A stretch of DNA of 64,000 bases. Origin: Nitrospirota bacterium. Its GTDB lineage: Bacteria > Nitrospirota > UBA9217. Positions 49,623 to 60,191 of the stretch are shown here, piece by piece (position 1 is the stretch's first letter; each line of letters opens with the position of its first letter). Below the pieces are notes generated by a model that worked only from the letters and a program-made list of their open reading frames with translations, searched no databases and was not told where the DNA came from. The translations under genes were made by a program, and so were the position numbers. Location: NCBI GenBank assembly GCA_963840455.1, contig CAWIYV010000011.1:800001-864000 (forward strand), in the 5' to 3' direction.

Positions 49623-50541
49623 TTAACACATTTCCCTAAACTGTTCATAACGAATCGTTAACAGTTTTGGATCAGGTCGTAGAGCAATCGCCTTAGGAAC
49701 AAAGATACTTTGACCATGAAGTGCCTGAATAGCATGAGCTAGTGTTGGGCCATCCTTTTCTCGCAGAATATCTGGACGCACCTCCAGTTTATAATCCGGT
49801 CGGATACCGATGAACCTGCGATCGAACGCGCTATGATGGAGCGTACAAAGAGCGATTCCATTACGAACAACAGGCCTCCCTTCTGGATGAGAATCAGGAA
49901 TAATATGCGCTGCTTCCAACATCTCTTCATGTCGAAACCGACAGAAAGCACATTGTCTTCTGTATGCTTCTAGCACCCGTTCGCGAAAGGATTGTTGATG
50001 TAATCGGACACGAACGGATGACGTTATATAACTTCGACGGGCATCTTCTTCTGAATCATGCACACCAGCTGCAACTGCACTATCACCACCAAACGATACG
50101 TGTCGTTCATCATCCACTGCAACAGTAACCGTCAAATTAGTTGCATCATCACCTACGACATAGACTGGCCACACCGCCATGTACTTGCCGGGTAATACCA
50201 AACAAGTATACGAGAGGAATGCGATGCTGCATTGCCATTCGCAAACCTCGGTTCTCTCGATGCTCAGGATCATTCCCACGATATCGATACATTAGCAGTT
50301 TATCGGCAACTTGTTTATCATTATAAGGGCTGTTTGGAGTAGTTGTGATAGATAGCGGAATATGCCCAAGAGCCTTAGGTATAAAGATTCCCTGCGGACC
50401 AAGCAAAGGCACGCGAATGCCATCAAAGGTAAAGCCGGAGGCAAGAAGCTCTCGTGGAAGAACATCACCATGGAGGGCAACTTGCTCTAATAGCCATGCA
50501 AATGCTGCCGCTCGTATTTGTCTATCGTGTTCGAGATCCAT
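49623..50541 (-). pseudogene. HNH restriction-endonuclease-like gene (COG3440-type), frameshifted near 50195
   Basis: N-part GPQGIF.P, YND; C-part FR..VL.AY...CAFC, AAHI, NGI.LC..HH..FD; one base missing at ...GI/PGKY. Confidence 0.8.
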
Positions 50542-50555
50542 ATATACCACCGACA

Positions 50556-50957
50556 TCAAGGTGAGCGCTGATATTGTCCTAAATACGCATCCAGCACGGG
50601 ACGATCAGCCTCAGCCCAATCGAGTTCGTGAAGCTTCTCTGGCTGAAGCCACGTAAAAGCCTTATGCTCGTGAAGCTTTATTTCACCGGCTGTGATTCTG
50701 CAAACAAAGGGGTAGAGAGTAATAATAAAGGTAGGATATTGGTGTGTTGTCGGGGCGAGAGACCGAGATATAGCTATGGCAATACCAAGTTCTTCATGTA
50801 ATTCACGCTTGAGGCATTCATCTGGCTGCTCCCCGTCGTTGATCTTTCCGCCTGGGAACTCCCACTTCAGGGGTAAGCTCATTGCCTCGCTACGTTGAGT
50901 TGAGAGCACCTTGCCGTCTTTTTCTATGATTGCACAGGTTACGTGAATGTGTTTCAT
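50556..50957 (-). CDS. MutT/NudG-like Nudix (d)NTP pyrophosphohydrolase
   Basis: WEFPGGK...GE....CLKREL.EELGI, W..AD. Confidence 0.92.
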   Translation of the reverse strand: MKHIHVTCAIIEKDGKVLSTQRSEAMSLPLKWEFPGGKINDGEQPDECLKRELHEELGIAIAISRSLAPTTHQYPTFIITLYPFVCRITAGEIKLHEHKAFTWLQPEKLHELDWAEADRPVLDAYLGQYQRSP

Positions 50958-51043
50958 TAAGCCGCTAGTTGTATAAATAGTCTGCTTTTAACTGCATTCA
51001 AACGCAATTCCTAACCCTAAAGACCCCATGGTTGAAAAACCCA

Positions 51044-52433
51044 CTAGAGCAAGTCCAGTTGGCCGCTCGCAATCTTCTTCTTTTTGTAGTGTTTCAATAA
51101 AGCATTTACCTTTTCGTATTTTGAGTGGACACTACCATCAAAATGATTTCCGTGTACGATCTTAATAAATTCCTCTTTTTGCGTTGGCGATAATGCTGAT
51201 ACTTGTTTCTTCCATGCAACAGCTCCGTTGGATTTGTGCTTATCTCTATAAATAATGTAATTGTCTGGCATGAGAATTAGCTTCTTAAACTTATCAACAT
51301 TTTTACCAAACGCAGCCTCAAAGAATTCTCTTCTCGGGCTGACGACACCATGAGTAGCATGGAGAATGCATTGAATGCCTCGCAAATAACGTGCATTCCA
51401 ATGCTCGCCTACATACTTACGATCTTTGTTTTTAATCGGGATATACTTCATTGGAAATGAGAATATTTTCGTACCGAGGCGCTCATTTAACATTACATTA
51501 ATGCGCAAGCGTTCATAGAAATCTTCTGGTTTATCATGAAAATTGTAGAGGATGTAATTCGACAGGTTAAGCATTCCAAACTCAGCAGCCCACTCTATTT
51601 TCTGTATATACTGCTCCTTCATACCAATATGATCAAAAGCAATTCTCAATGGTTTGATAGGAAGCTCCGAGAGTCTTTTCATCTTCTCCTTTGTCAGCTT
51701 CCTCATATCAACGCCTTGATTGAAATCAACATGCCGCTCCTTCTTATTTAATTTTGCCCCTTTATAAAAACCTGCCTTTTTAATTTCATCTACAATGTCG
51801 TCAAATCTATCTGACGCCAGCACATTATTATCCAACAATAGCAAATCCGTCATCTTTCCATACTTCTTATCGATTTGTTGAATTTGCTTCAACAACGGAA
51901 TGTACTCAACATATTTTGGTTCAAGTGTTGGCACTGCACAAAATTCACAATGCCTGATGCAACCTCTAGTCATGTATGAAAAATAAGCGTCATTGGCAGG
52001 ATATTTGTATTCTATTTCTTCGAGAATGCTATAGTCAGGTACTAAATTGTCTATTCTATAATCGTAAGGCAGCTTAATCTTTCCCTTTTCATTCAACAAA
52101 CCCACAACCGGTTTGAAACCTGTTTCTTCTTCAATTTCCTGTAACATGATAGTCGCCATAGGACCGCCAATATAGAGATTCTGTCGGATCTTTCACGCTA
52201 TATTCGTAATATTTTATCGTCTTTATTGTTTCGGCCCAATAGAAACTGAACAGAGTTGTGATATATATTCTGTCCCAGGCTTGTTCTCTTATTTCAGCGT
52301 TTAAGCCTTTAATAAAGCGGACGTGCTCTCCACGCTCCTTATGAAAGGCGGCTATTTTCATAAGACCAAGCGGTGGATACTTGTTTTTATATGCAGGTTC
52401 AACAAGTAATATATGACTCTTTCTTTTCTTCAT
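51044..52433 (-). pseudogene. radical SAM protein with B12-binding-like N-terminus, frameshifted near 52185
   Basis: ILLVEP..KNKYPPLGLMKI, IGGPMAT, RGCIRHCEFCAVP..E, LDNN, VDFNQG; ATGA overlap with the MBL gene. Confidence 0.85.
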
Positions 52434-54742
52434 AGAGGGTGACTTAACCGAGCCAAAATTTCTTCCCATTTATTCCTTTCTTCAATATCTTTTGGTTCAT
52501 TTCTAGCGATCAAGTTAAAGAGAGAACGAAATAAGTTACTCTCTGCATTTGAAGTTGTTTGAATCGCCAAACCAGTTGACAATAAATACGCAATGTAACC
52601 ATTACTTAATGTTTGTACAGATTCGAAAAGATCATCCAGCTCTGCCGACTTGCGGATGGCCTCTTCAAGATAGATTCTCTTATCCAAATCCGTTACATGT
52701 GGCAATTCCTCTCGCATCATTGCAGTACTTATTCCAGTCGCTGCTTGCCAGCATCTTTCCTCATCTGAACATTGCCTGATCAAACCGTCGACAACGGTTC
52801 TCATATCACTTATTGCCTTCTGATATTGTTTAATGTAGCTGCCTATTGTCGCTTCGTTTGTGCTTAGTACAACATCCTTGACCGCCCCACCATTCGCAAG
52901 AAGAACATCTATCCTTTCATCATGACTCAGCGAAGACCAAACACTAGCGACAGTCACGTTTCTTAATGAATCTAGAATCTGGGACGCTTTCTCAATGTCA
53001 TATGTCCTAAAAGCAACTGCGATGTCGTGTAATAGCCCCCCGCTTTTTTGATAAATGATCACGTCCTCAGCTGACTTAGACTCATCTGGCTCATCGAAAC
53101 CCCGCATCCCGCAAAAAGTTGCGAAACTTGTAAATATATCAACGTCCTTATATTGTGTATTCATCATATAATATTTTAGAAAGTCGGCAATGAGTCCCAG
53201 ATTGCGACCTGAGGCGACGACTTCCAGAATGTCATTTGGATTGTCAATAATACAAGATAACGCTATTAGGCGACCGTTAATGTATAGTTCTTTTTCTTCT
53301 TGATCCCAAGGATTTAAATCAAACGTAGCAGCGGCGACATCCCTAATCAAAGTGTTCCGCGTCGCAGGCCCCAGATGGAAACCGGACTTAACGCTTTCAT
53401 AAAATACCTTTTTATAAATGCCGAGGCCATCCCTTATGGGCAATGTCCTCAGAATTTCATCTTTCGGAGCATGAGGCGGCATTCGATCTTCGGAATAATA
53501 CTTTATGGTTCTTTGCGATTCGCCTTCTTCAACGTCACTGTAAGATATTTGATCCCATTCGACTGGCTCGCCCGAAAAATAGCACATGCATTTCCTGGAA
53601 TCTAACAGAACAAAAAGCCCGATATCGCCAGGCAAGCATTTTATAGAGGGATGTATTTTCTGTGCTGTAGATTGAATTGCAGCTACAAGAGGACCTCTAA
53701 TGTCATTAAGCTCTTCACCAAATTCAGATACGATGCAGAGATCTGGCTTCCAATTCTCGATAGTGCTGATAGTGCCTAATATGCCAAGGTGCTTTTTGTA
53801 ATATTCTTTCTTAGTTATTTCCTCATTCGCGAATTCACTTCTCTTAATTGTGCCTATGTGTGCAACTAACACGTCTACTGCGTCCGTTGCATTTTCCACC
53901 CTCGTATGAACACTATGCTCCCTTAAGAACGCTTCATTTAGGTCTGCGATGTCGAAATCCCAGCCAGTATCGCCCGTTAATAACAAATTTCTACCACTGA
54001 CGCGAAAACATGCCCCAAGTGAATAATCGGCTGTTATAATTTCGTGATGCTTCGTATATATTGTTAGAATCTCGAAATCAAGATCATCTCTACCAGGCAC
54101 TCTTATTGATTGACCGGGGCTCATAACCGTTACTTTGCCGATATAATTCTTAAAATCCGTATTTGCGAGGTCCAAGTAATTAGAAAACTTCTTAAAGGAA
54201 CCAACATTTAGAAACAGATCTACCTTCTTTGAGGTTCTATGGTTAAGATATTTATCGTTCCGTTGATAAAGCAGACTAAGTAAAGACTCAAAGTCATTGG
54301 TGTGATCGTTATGTGCGTGAGTAATAAAGATGCCGTCAATATCATCTAGGCAAAAGCCGGCCAAACCGAAATTATGAATAAAGTTATATCCGGGGTCAAT
54401 TACGAGCCCGTAGCCGGATTTCAGGCTATTCTCTTGCCCTTGCACATATAAGAAATAACCGCCACCAATACTATACTGGTTAATTCTCTTTATTTGATCA
54501 GATTCTATTGGCAAACTAGGCGTGTATGAATTCCACTTTCGCAGAACGACAAAGAAACTCTCACATCCTAAAGGTATTCGTCGATATTGCGAAATAAAAG
54601 CCGCTCTCTTTTCCTCAAGCTGTTCGACAGATTGTAAAAAATCGTAAGGTTCCCCCTGCGAAAGCCGTTCTCTGATACCCGGCATCTCGTTATTTAGGAA
54701 ATGCAATAAATCTTGCCTACGGTTTTCTCTAGTTTTATACAT
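52430..54742 (-). CDS. large metallo-beta-lactamase-fold hydrolase with C-terminal helical extension
   Basis: GGGYFL, VIDPG..F, THAHNDH, TGDT, H.G, HLG, SEFGEE. Confidence 0.85.
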   Translation of the reverse strand: MYKTRENRRQDLLHFLNNEMPGIRERLSQGEPYDFLQSVEQLEEKRAAFISQYRRIPLGCESFFVVLRKWNSYTPSLPIESDQIKRINQYSIGGGYFLYVQGQENSLKSGYGLVIDPGYNFIHNFGLAGFCLDDIDGIFITHAHNDHTNDFESLLSLLYQRNDKYLNHRTSKKVDLFLNVGSFKKFSNYLDLANTDFKNYIGKVTVMSPGQSIRVPGRDDLDFEILTIYTKHHEIITADYSLGACFRVSGRNLLLTGDTGWDFDIADLNEAFLREHSVHTRVENATDAVDVLVAHIGTIKRSEFANEEITKKEYYKKHLGILGTISTIENWKPDLCIVSEFGEELNDIRGPLVAAIQSTAQKIHPSIKCLPGDIGLFVLLDSRKCMCYFSGEPVEWDQISYSDVEEGESQRTIKYYSEDRMPPHAPKDEILRTLPIRDGLGIYKKVFYESVKSGFHLGPATRNTLIRDVAAATFDLNPWDQEEKELYINGRLIALSCIIDNPNDILEVVASGRNLGLIADFLKYYMMNTQYKDVDIFTSFATFCGMRGFDEPDESKSAEDVIIYQKSGGLLHDIAVAFRTYDIEKASQILDSLRNVTVASVWSSLSHDERIDVLLANGGAVKDVVLSTNEATIGSYIKQYQKAISDMRTVVDGLIRQCSDEERCWQAATGISTAMMREELPHVTDLDKRIYLEEAIRKSAELDDLFESVQTLSNGYIAYLLSTGLAIQTTSNAESNLFRSLFNLIARNEPKDIEERNKWEEILARLSHPL

Positions 54743-55785
54743 TACAGTAATCCCTTAGATGCGAGAGATGTGTTGAACTTTTCTGCCAAGATATTTACCC
54801 CTTTAAAACCGCCGGCAGACTTATCATAGTAATCTACATTTGCTTGCCTCATTGCTGACGCATAGGCGTGAAAATCAACTCTATCGGCTTTCTTCTTGTC
54901 TAGATTTGCAACTAATATGAAGCGTAGTGTTTTGACCAATGCATTAAATCCAACGCTCTTTAAAAGTATTGTTGAATTATTCCACTCCTGTGCAAAATTC
55001 TTTCGAACGGCAGCAAAATATCTTTCGAGCAAATGCACTTTCTCCTGCATAGAGTAACTACTGCCTAGTAATTCCAAAATATGATATTTTGTTGTTAATG
55101 CTTCAACCAAAGATGCTTGGCTTACATGGCCGGTTCCTATCCCCAACATTTTTATCATTCCATACAGCGGAGATTCGACATTGCTGTTTAAAGCAGATAC
55201 GATTTCATGAGCTTCCTTATACTTAACAAAATCCGGGTCTTTGTTAAAAGCAAGTAAGTCATATACCAACGATTTGCTCACGGGTTTTTGATAGTAATTA
55301 ATCCTAGTGAATATTTCGGCGATCGTTGGTAGCTCCAGGCCGAAGTAGGCAGCAACTACTAAGTCTAGCTGATTACCTTTACTATATTTTGATGCGAACG
55401 CTTTTAAGCGATGTTGTCCATCGATAACGTAAGCCGATTTTTCTTCAACGCTTATAGTCAACAAACTCTTTTTTGGGTCGTAAAACTCGTCCTTGTACGC
55501 GAGGGGAATATTAAGAATTATTGAATTGGGGAAGAACGGGTGCTCAGATGAAATAAATTGGCCAATCTCCTTATCCCTATCTTCTTTATGAGCTCTTTGA
55601 ACGCCAAGAGGAGAATCTGTTCTTGACAGGAATTTCGCAATGTCGAGCACAATATTCGATGGCAGTGAAAATATGAAGAAGTCATTTTCCTTCGAAAAGT
55701 CGTCTTCATCAAAGAGAGTTTCTTTAGAGCGCTGTTTAACTTTAATAGCAGCTGCCCGTATATTTATGAATCCACCTGCTGGCAT
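54742..55785 (-). CDS. DGQHR-domain protein (DndB/DpdB-like, ParB/Srx superfamily)
   Basis: QR, FPNSII, VIDGQHRL, F..IN..QKPV..SL. Confidence 0.9.
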   Translation of the reverse strand: MPAGGFINIRAAAIKVKQRSKETLFDEDDFSKENDFFIFSLPSNIVLDIAKFLSRTDSPLGVQRAHKEDRDKEIGQFISSEHPFFPNSIILNIPLAYKDEFYDPKKSLLTISVEEKSAYVIDGQHRLKAFASKYSKGNQLDLVVAAYFGLELPTIAEIFTRINYYQKPVSKSLVYDLLAFNKDPDFVKYKEAHEIVSALNSNVESPLYGMIKMLGIGTGHVSQASLVEALTTKYHILELLGSSYSMQEKVHLLERYFAAVRKNFAQEWNNSTILLKSVGFNALVKTLRFILVANLDKKKADRVDFHAYASAMRQANVDYYDKSAGGFKGVNILAEKFNTSLASKGLL

Positions 55786-55794
55786 GAAACCTCC

Positions 55795-56823
55795 TTAAGA
55801 ATCCAAGCCAATTTCGCGACAGAACCTTGCGAATTTTCTATAACATTGTTGTAATTCGGCCTTCTTGTTCTTGTTCTCTTCCATTTCTTCTCTTACTTTT
55901 TTAATCTCCGACTCTTCAAGCAATTCCCTGAACTCTCTCACCTTTTTATAGAATCGATCAACCTTCTCAGGCTTATGTTCATACAGGACATGCTTGCCCT
56001 CATCAAACGCAAACTTTGGATCTCCCTCCGTAAATGCTTTCATTGCTTTTTTATGACTCAAGATTTTAGGGAGGTCCCTAACATTCTGTGCCTTCTTTAA
56101 TCTATCTTCCCTGACCCACCCAACAAATTCATCAAGAAATTCCGGCGTGTCTTGCGTTCTTTTTACAAGCTCTTTTTGAAGATAAAAAGCCTCAAAATAG
56201 CTGTACTTCTTTAACTCGTCACGTGAGCCATTAACCAGTTCTTCATTTTTATCATTGGCAAGATATTTTTTAGACATTACTTCATATGCGTTCAACATGG
56301 CATCAATGGACTTCCTTTGCTTACCAAGCTGTTTCGCAATTACGTCAGGACTTTTTTTTAGGGTCTTGATCATTTTGTATATATAAGCTGCCTTTTCATA
56401 TGCGTCCCACTCCGTTTTCCCCTTAATATGAAACGTTCCTAAAATATAGAAAAGTTCATCTTCCGTTACATCTTCCTGTAGAATCCTCGCTTTGATAAAT
56501 TTCCATGTCTTTTCTTTTGGATATTTCTTATTCAACCTTCGAAATGCGCAAAGACGGGTATTCCCTTCAACTACCTTATTCCCAAGCACATATATTTCGT
56601 CTAAGAGACCTTTGTTTTCTTCCAGATCTTTAATTCTCTCTTTAGTAGAATCCAGTTTCAATAATTCTTGCTCGATGAATTCCTGTGTTACTCTCTTCGG
56701 TGGATTTCTACTCACGATGTAGTTGATGCGCGGGTTTTCTCGATAAAACTCGACGTTATAAATATCGACGTCTTTAATCTCATAAAATATTTCTCTGCCT
56801 AATACTGTAATCGATTCTTGCAC
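55795..56823 (-). CDS. ParB/Srx-like protein 2
   Basis: ENPRI, VVEGNTRL, WDAYEKA, KKYSYF; GTG start. Confidence 0.75.
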   Translation of the reverse strand: MQESITVLGREIFYEIKDVDIYNVEFYRENPRINYIVSRNPPKRVTQEFIEQELLKLDSTKERIKDLEENKGLLDEIYVLGNKVVEGNTRLCAFRRLNKKYPKEKTWKFIKARILQEDVTEDELFYILGTFHIKGKTEWDAYEKAAYIYKMIKTLKKSPDVIAKQLGKQRKSIDAMLNAYEVMSKKYLANDKNEELVNGSRDELKKYSYFEAFYLQKELVKRTQDTPEFLDEFVGWVREDRLKKAQNVRDLPKILSHKKAMKAFTEGDPKFAFDEGKHVLYEHKPEKVDRFYKKVREFRELLEESEIKKVREEMEENKNKKAELQQCYRKFARFCREIGLDS

Positions 56824-56827
56824 CGCG

Positions 56828-58257
56828 TTAGCCCCCCAAAATAGTCAATAGTTCTTTTTTGTTTAAAAGAAACTCAGAACTGTCGGGCCGCAATTCTTTT
56901 CGATCACTTTGCACAAAGGCAGCAATATCTGTTTTAACCTCAATAACCCTGTCAATGTATTCGTCTATTGTATGTTTTCCGATTATTTTATAGATATTAC
57001 ATGGTTTAGTTTGAGATATTCTATGTATTCTGTCCTGCGATTGCAAGTAATCAACAAGATTAAAATTTCTATCTAGATAGATTGCATTGTTAGCCCTTGT
57101 TAATGTCAATCCCTCTCTAGCTGCTGCAGGATTCGCTATCAGAACTTCATTCTTATCAGACTCTTGAAATGCTTTAACAGCTTCAGCTCGCTCTTTTATC
57201 GGCACATCGCCGTGTATAATTAGCGGATTATATTTCTTGTACCTTGATCTTAAAGTCGTTATATTTTCTACAAAGCTGGTCCAAACAATAGCCTTCTCTC
57301 CTCTAGAGGTTATCTCCTCCAAAAGGTCATCCAACGTGTTAAATTTGGCAGGCGTGCCATTGTAGCTTTTATCGACCATATGTGGATTACTTGCAATTTG
57401 AGTTAGCCTTAATAGCTTTTTGAGGATATTATCAGCTTCATCAATTACCCTATTCCCATCCATGTCTTGGACTTCGATACGCAATTCTTCACGTAGTTTG
57501 TTGTATTGTTCGAGTTGTTTGCCGGAAAGCTCGACGTATACATTTGTATATTTTTTCTCGGGAAGCTCAAGAACATCATCTTTACAGCGACGCAATGAGT
57601 GCTGCGAGATTATAATTTTCAACTCATCAAGCTGCTCTGTGTAATCATCATTCTTTTCATTGTATTTAGATTTAAATTCGCTAAAATCATCACCAAGAAG
57701 TTTGCCTCCATCTAGAAAATAATATTGCGACCACAAATCAATTGGCTTATTAGCGACCGGTGTTCCGGTAATAATAATTCGTTTTTCAGAAAAGGGCCGA
57801 AGAACAAATAATGCCTGAGCTGTTTTTGTTGCTGGATCCTTAATGCGTGCTGATTCATCAGGACTATTGCAACCTGGCGACTCTTACAAAATCGCTTAAT
57901 TCGTTCTAGCTCAGCGACGACACCTTCGTAGTTAGTTATATAGAAATTTGCCCCGGTTAGGAATTTATATCGTTTTTCTTTTTCTCCACCTCGCAACACT
58001 ATTGGAATGAGAAATGAGTGCTTTGCAACCTCCTGCTCCCAGTTATACAGCAAAGACATTGGCGCCACAACGAGGACGCCTTCTAACGCACTGTTCTTCA
58101 TTGAGAGACACAGTGAGTCTATTACTATCTTGGTTTTTCCTAACCCCTGCTCATCAAATAGGGCGACCTCTTGTTTATCGTATAGGTAGTTGATCGCCTC
58201 TATCTGGTGTGGCATTGCTTGCGTCTTGGGCTTAAATATTTGCTTTTTTCTAATCAT
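56828..58257 (-). pseudogene. compact SNF2-family helicase, frameshifted at motif II near 57860
   Basis: HQ, DEQGLGKT, NYE, (L)DESARIK, TGTP..N, GLTL..A, QSQDRIHRI.Q. Confidence 0.85.
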
Positions 58258-58657
58258 TTATTATTTCATCAGGTACATAAAGGATCGTGATATTTGTAGA
58301 CAAATGCAATCCAATTTTTTCCAAGCCTTTCAGAATTGTCTTTTCAACAGACTTAGGAACTCCTATATAGACATCGCATTTCATCCCATTCAGTTCGAGG
58401 TTAGCAAAATCTCTTAACTGCTCGAAAGTTCGCGTGTTCATGATATCATTTTCTGTTTTTGCCTCGCCAATGCAGATCTGACCGTTCTCCTTTACACCCA
58501 TTGCATCCGGCCTATGTCTTATAATCGTAGGTGGCATCGGACATGCTTCTCCAAATAATCCCGGATATGTTCCGTCTACGCATGATATTGTAGCTCCGTC
58601 TTCGCGCATCTTCTTTATGACAAGTCCGAGAATAAATTGATGTCTATTGCCCGCCAT
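58250..58657 (-). CDS. small PD-(D/E)xK nuclease-like protein (appears fused to the upstream gene in this assembly)
   Basis: H.PD...IGEAKT..D; ATG overlaps a TAA (TAATG). Confidence 0.65.
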   Translation of the reverse strand: MAGNRHQFILGLVIKKMREDGATISCVDGTYPGLFGEACPMPPTIIRHRPDAMGVKENGQICIGEAKTENDIMNTRTFEQLRDFANLELNGMKCDVYIGVPKSVEKTILKGLEKIGLHLSTNITILYVPDEIIND

Positions 58658-59674
58658 TACGAAATGGTTCCGATATTCTTTAAAAAGATTAGTAACAGTA
58701 TCATGTAGTTTTTTTAGAGATTCGATTTTTGCGGGCTGCAATCCCCGTTTTATCTCATCAAGCTCGCTAAACGGTATGCCTTCCAATCCCACGATAACGT
58801 CTTCTACTTTTTCAAATAGCTTTGATTTTGCCGCAGGATTCTTTTGTTCTAGTTGGTCAAGTGCCGCCTGAAAGTTATCGTCCATAAGAGCTTGTTTCGA
58901 TTGTTCATCATTTAGCACCATGGGAAGTTTTCGAATGTCTTCACCTCGTTTGAATTTACCATCACCAACCCATTCGCAAAAATCCATTAGTGATACTTTC
59001 CCATCTTTTACAAGTCTCTTTAACTCCCTGTTTTTTCGAAATTCCACGAAGTAGCTGAACTTTAGCCGTTCTGATGGCTTATTGTATTTAGGAAGATATT
59101 GCTCTTCCATGTCTGTATAAGCTTGTATGTTATTTCTTATTTCATTGGCTCTTAACTTCGTTAGCTGCTCAAGACGCTTTAGCGAGTAATCCTCGTCTGT
59201 ATGGAGGCGGTATAGTTCCCTTGCTTTTTCATACGCAGCCCACGGCGTTGCTCCAAATAGATGTTTTTCCAGCCTTATGAAGTTAATTACGTTTCGATCT
59301 ATCTTATACGGCAACTCGTACGCATCAATTGTTTTCCACTTGTCATCGTTTACGTACTTTTCTGATAGTTCTTCGTATATAAAAGACCTCGTATTACCCT
59401 CAATCACAACATAATAATTATCCTTCGGCACTACCCAAATCGGGTCATAGATACCGCCGTTCAGCTCTATATGCTCTTTCAGCTTTTCGTACTGATCATT
59501 ACCTTCAGCAAGAGCGAACTTTATCTTATCTTGAGTTACATTATCATTCAGACGGGTATCGAGAAAATATTGGATACGGGGATTTTCAATATCGAGAATG
59601 AGTTGCTTAATAGGAATCTTAGTTCGCTTAATTTCAGTTGATACTCCGTCTAGATTAACAGTTATATTATCCAT
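58657..59674 (-). CDS. ParB/Srx-like protein 1
   Basis: ENPRI, G...PI.V, VIEGNTR, WAAYEKA, KFSYF; RBS AAGGAG; probable extra T near 58684. Confidence 0.75.
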
Positions 59675-59719
59675 GTATGCTCCTTGACAAGGAAACCTTA
59701 TATTGGTCAGGACCGTTTG

Positions 59720-59744
59720 GGGTCAGGCCTGAAAAGATGAAATG
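59720..59744. repeat. GGGGTCAGG motif subfamily (reverse-complement copies at 32871-32895, 19471-19489, 30612-30634, 31951-31975)
   Basis: GGGGTCAGGCCTGAAAAGATGAAAT. Confidence 0.85.
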
Positions 59745-59784
59745 TTGCCCGCCCCCTCGTTTTACGCTTCGGCCCCCATAGGGT

Positions 59785-60191
59785 CACCCATTTAAAGGGC
59801 ACCGTCAAGCGAAAACAGCTATCTTGTGGCGAGAAACGAAACGTTTCTCGCCTAGCCTTGTCGTTATCTTCATCTTCACCATTGCCGCAGTTTCATTCGG
59901 TTTCGGCGTCAGTCTTCACTGCACCAGTCACCCATCGGGATTAAGGTCATTGGTGGAGCTCTTTTATCCATGACCCTTTCCGCCTTTTGGCGGACCAGAA
60001 AATCTTCGGTTCCATGCCGTGTCCAGGAGTTCGTACAAGTCTTATGGTTGTTAACCAGCCCCAAGATGGCTCGCGGTATGGGCAGTAAAGATGCTGATAA
60101 CGCTATAAAAGGGTGGGACGGATTACCAATCAGGTCTCGTGGTTTTACCAACCCTAAGGCAGGTTCACCGTCCCAGCCAGCTTGTGAACTT
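59785..60191 (-). ncRNA. putative bridge/seek RNA
   Basis: Same sequence as 38279-38685; target loop at 60114-60175. Confidence 0.8.

Noticed and set aside
58250-59674. Genuine 474-aa ParB-nuclease fusion
   Set aside because: Removing one T from a homopolymer gives a clean stop overlapping the next ATG, and the paralog is about 340 aa; two genes are more likely, though unproven.
51044-59674. Calling the island Dnd, Ssp, Dpd, BREX or DISARM
   Set aside because: No cysteine desulfurase, PAPS reductase, TGT, PglZ or methyltransferase genes in the window.
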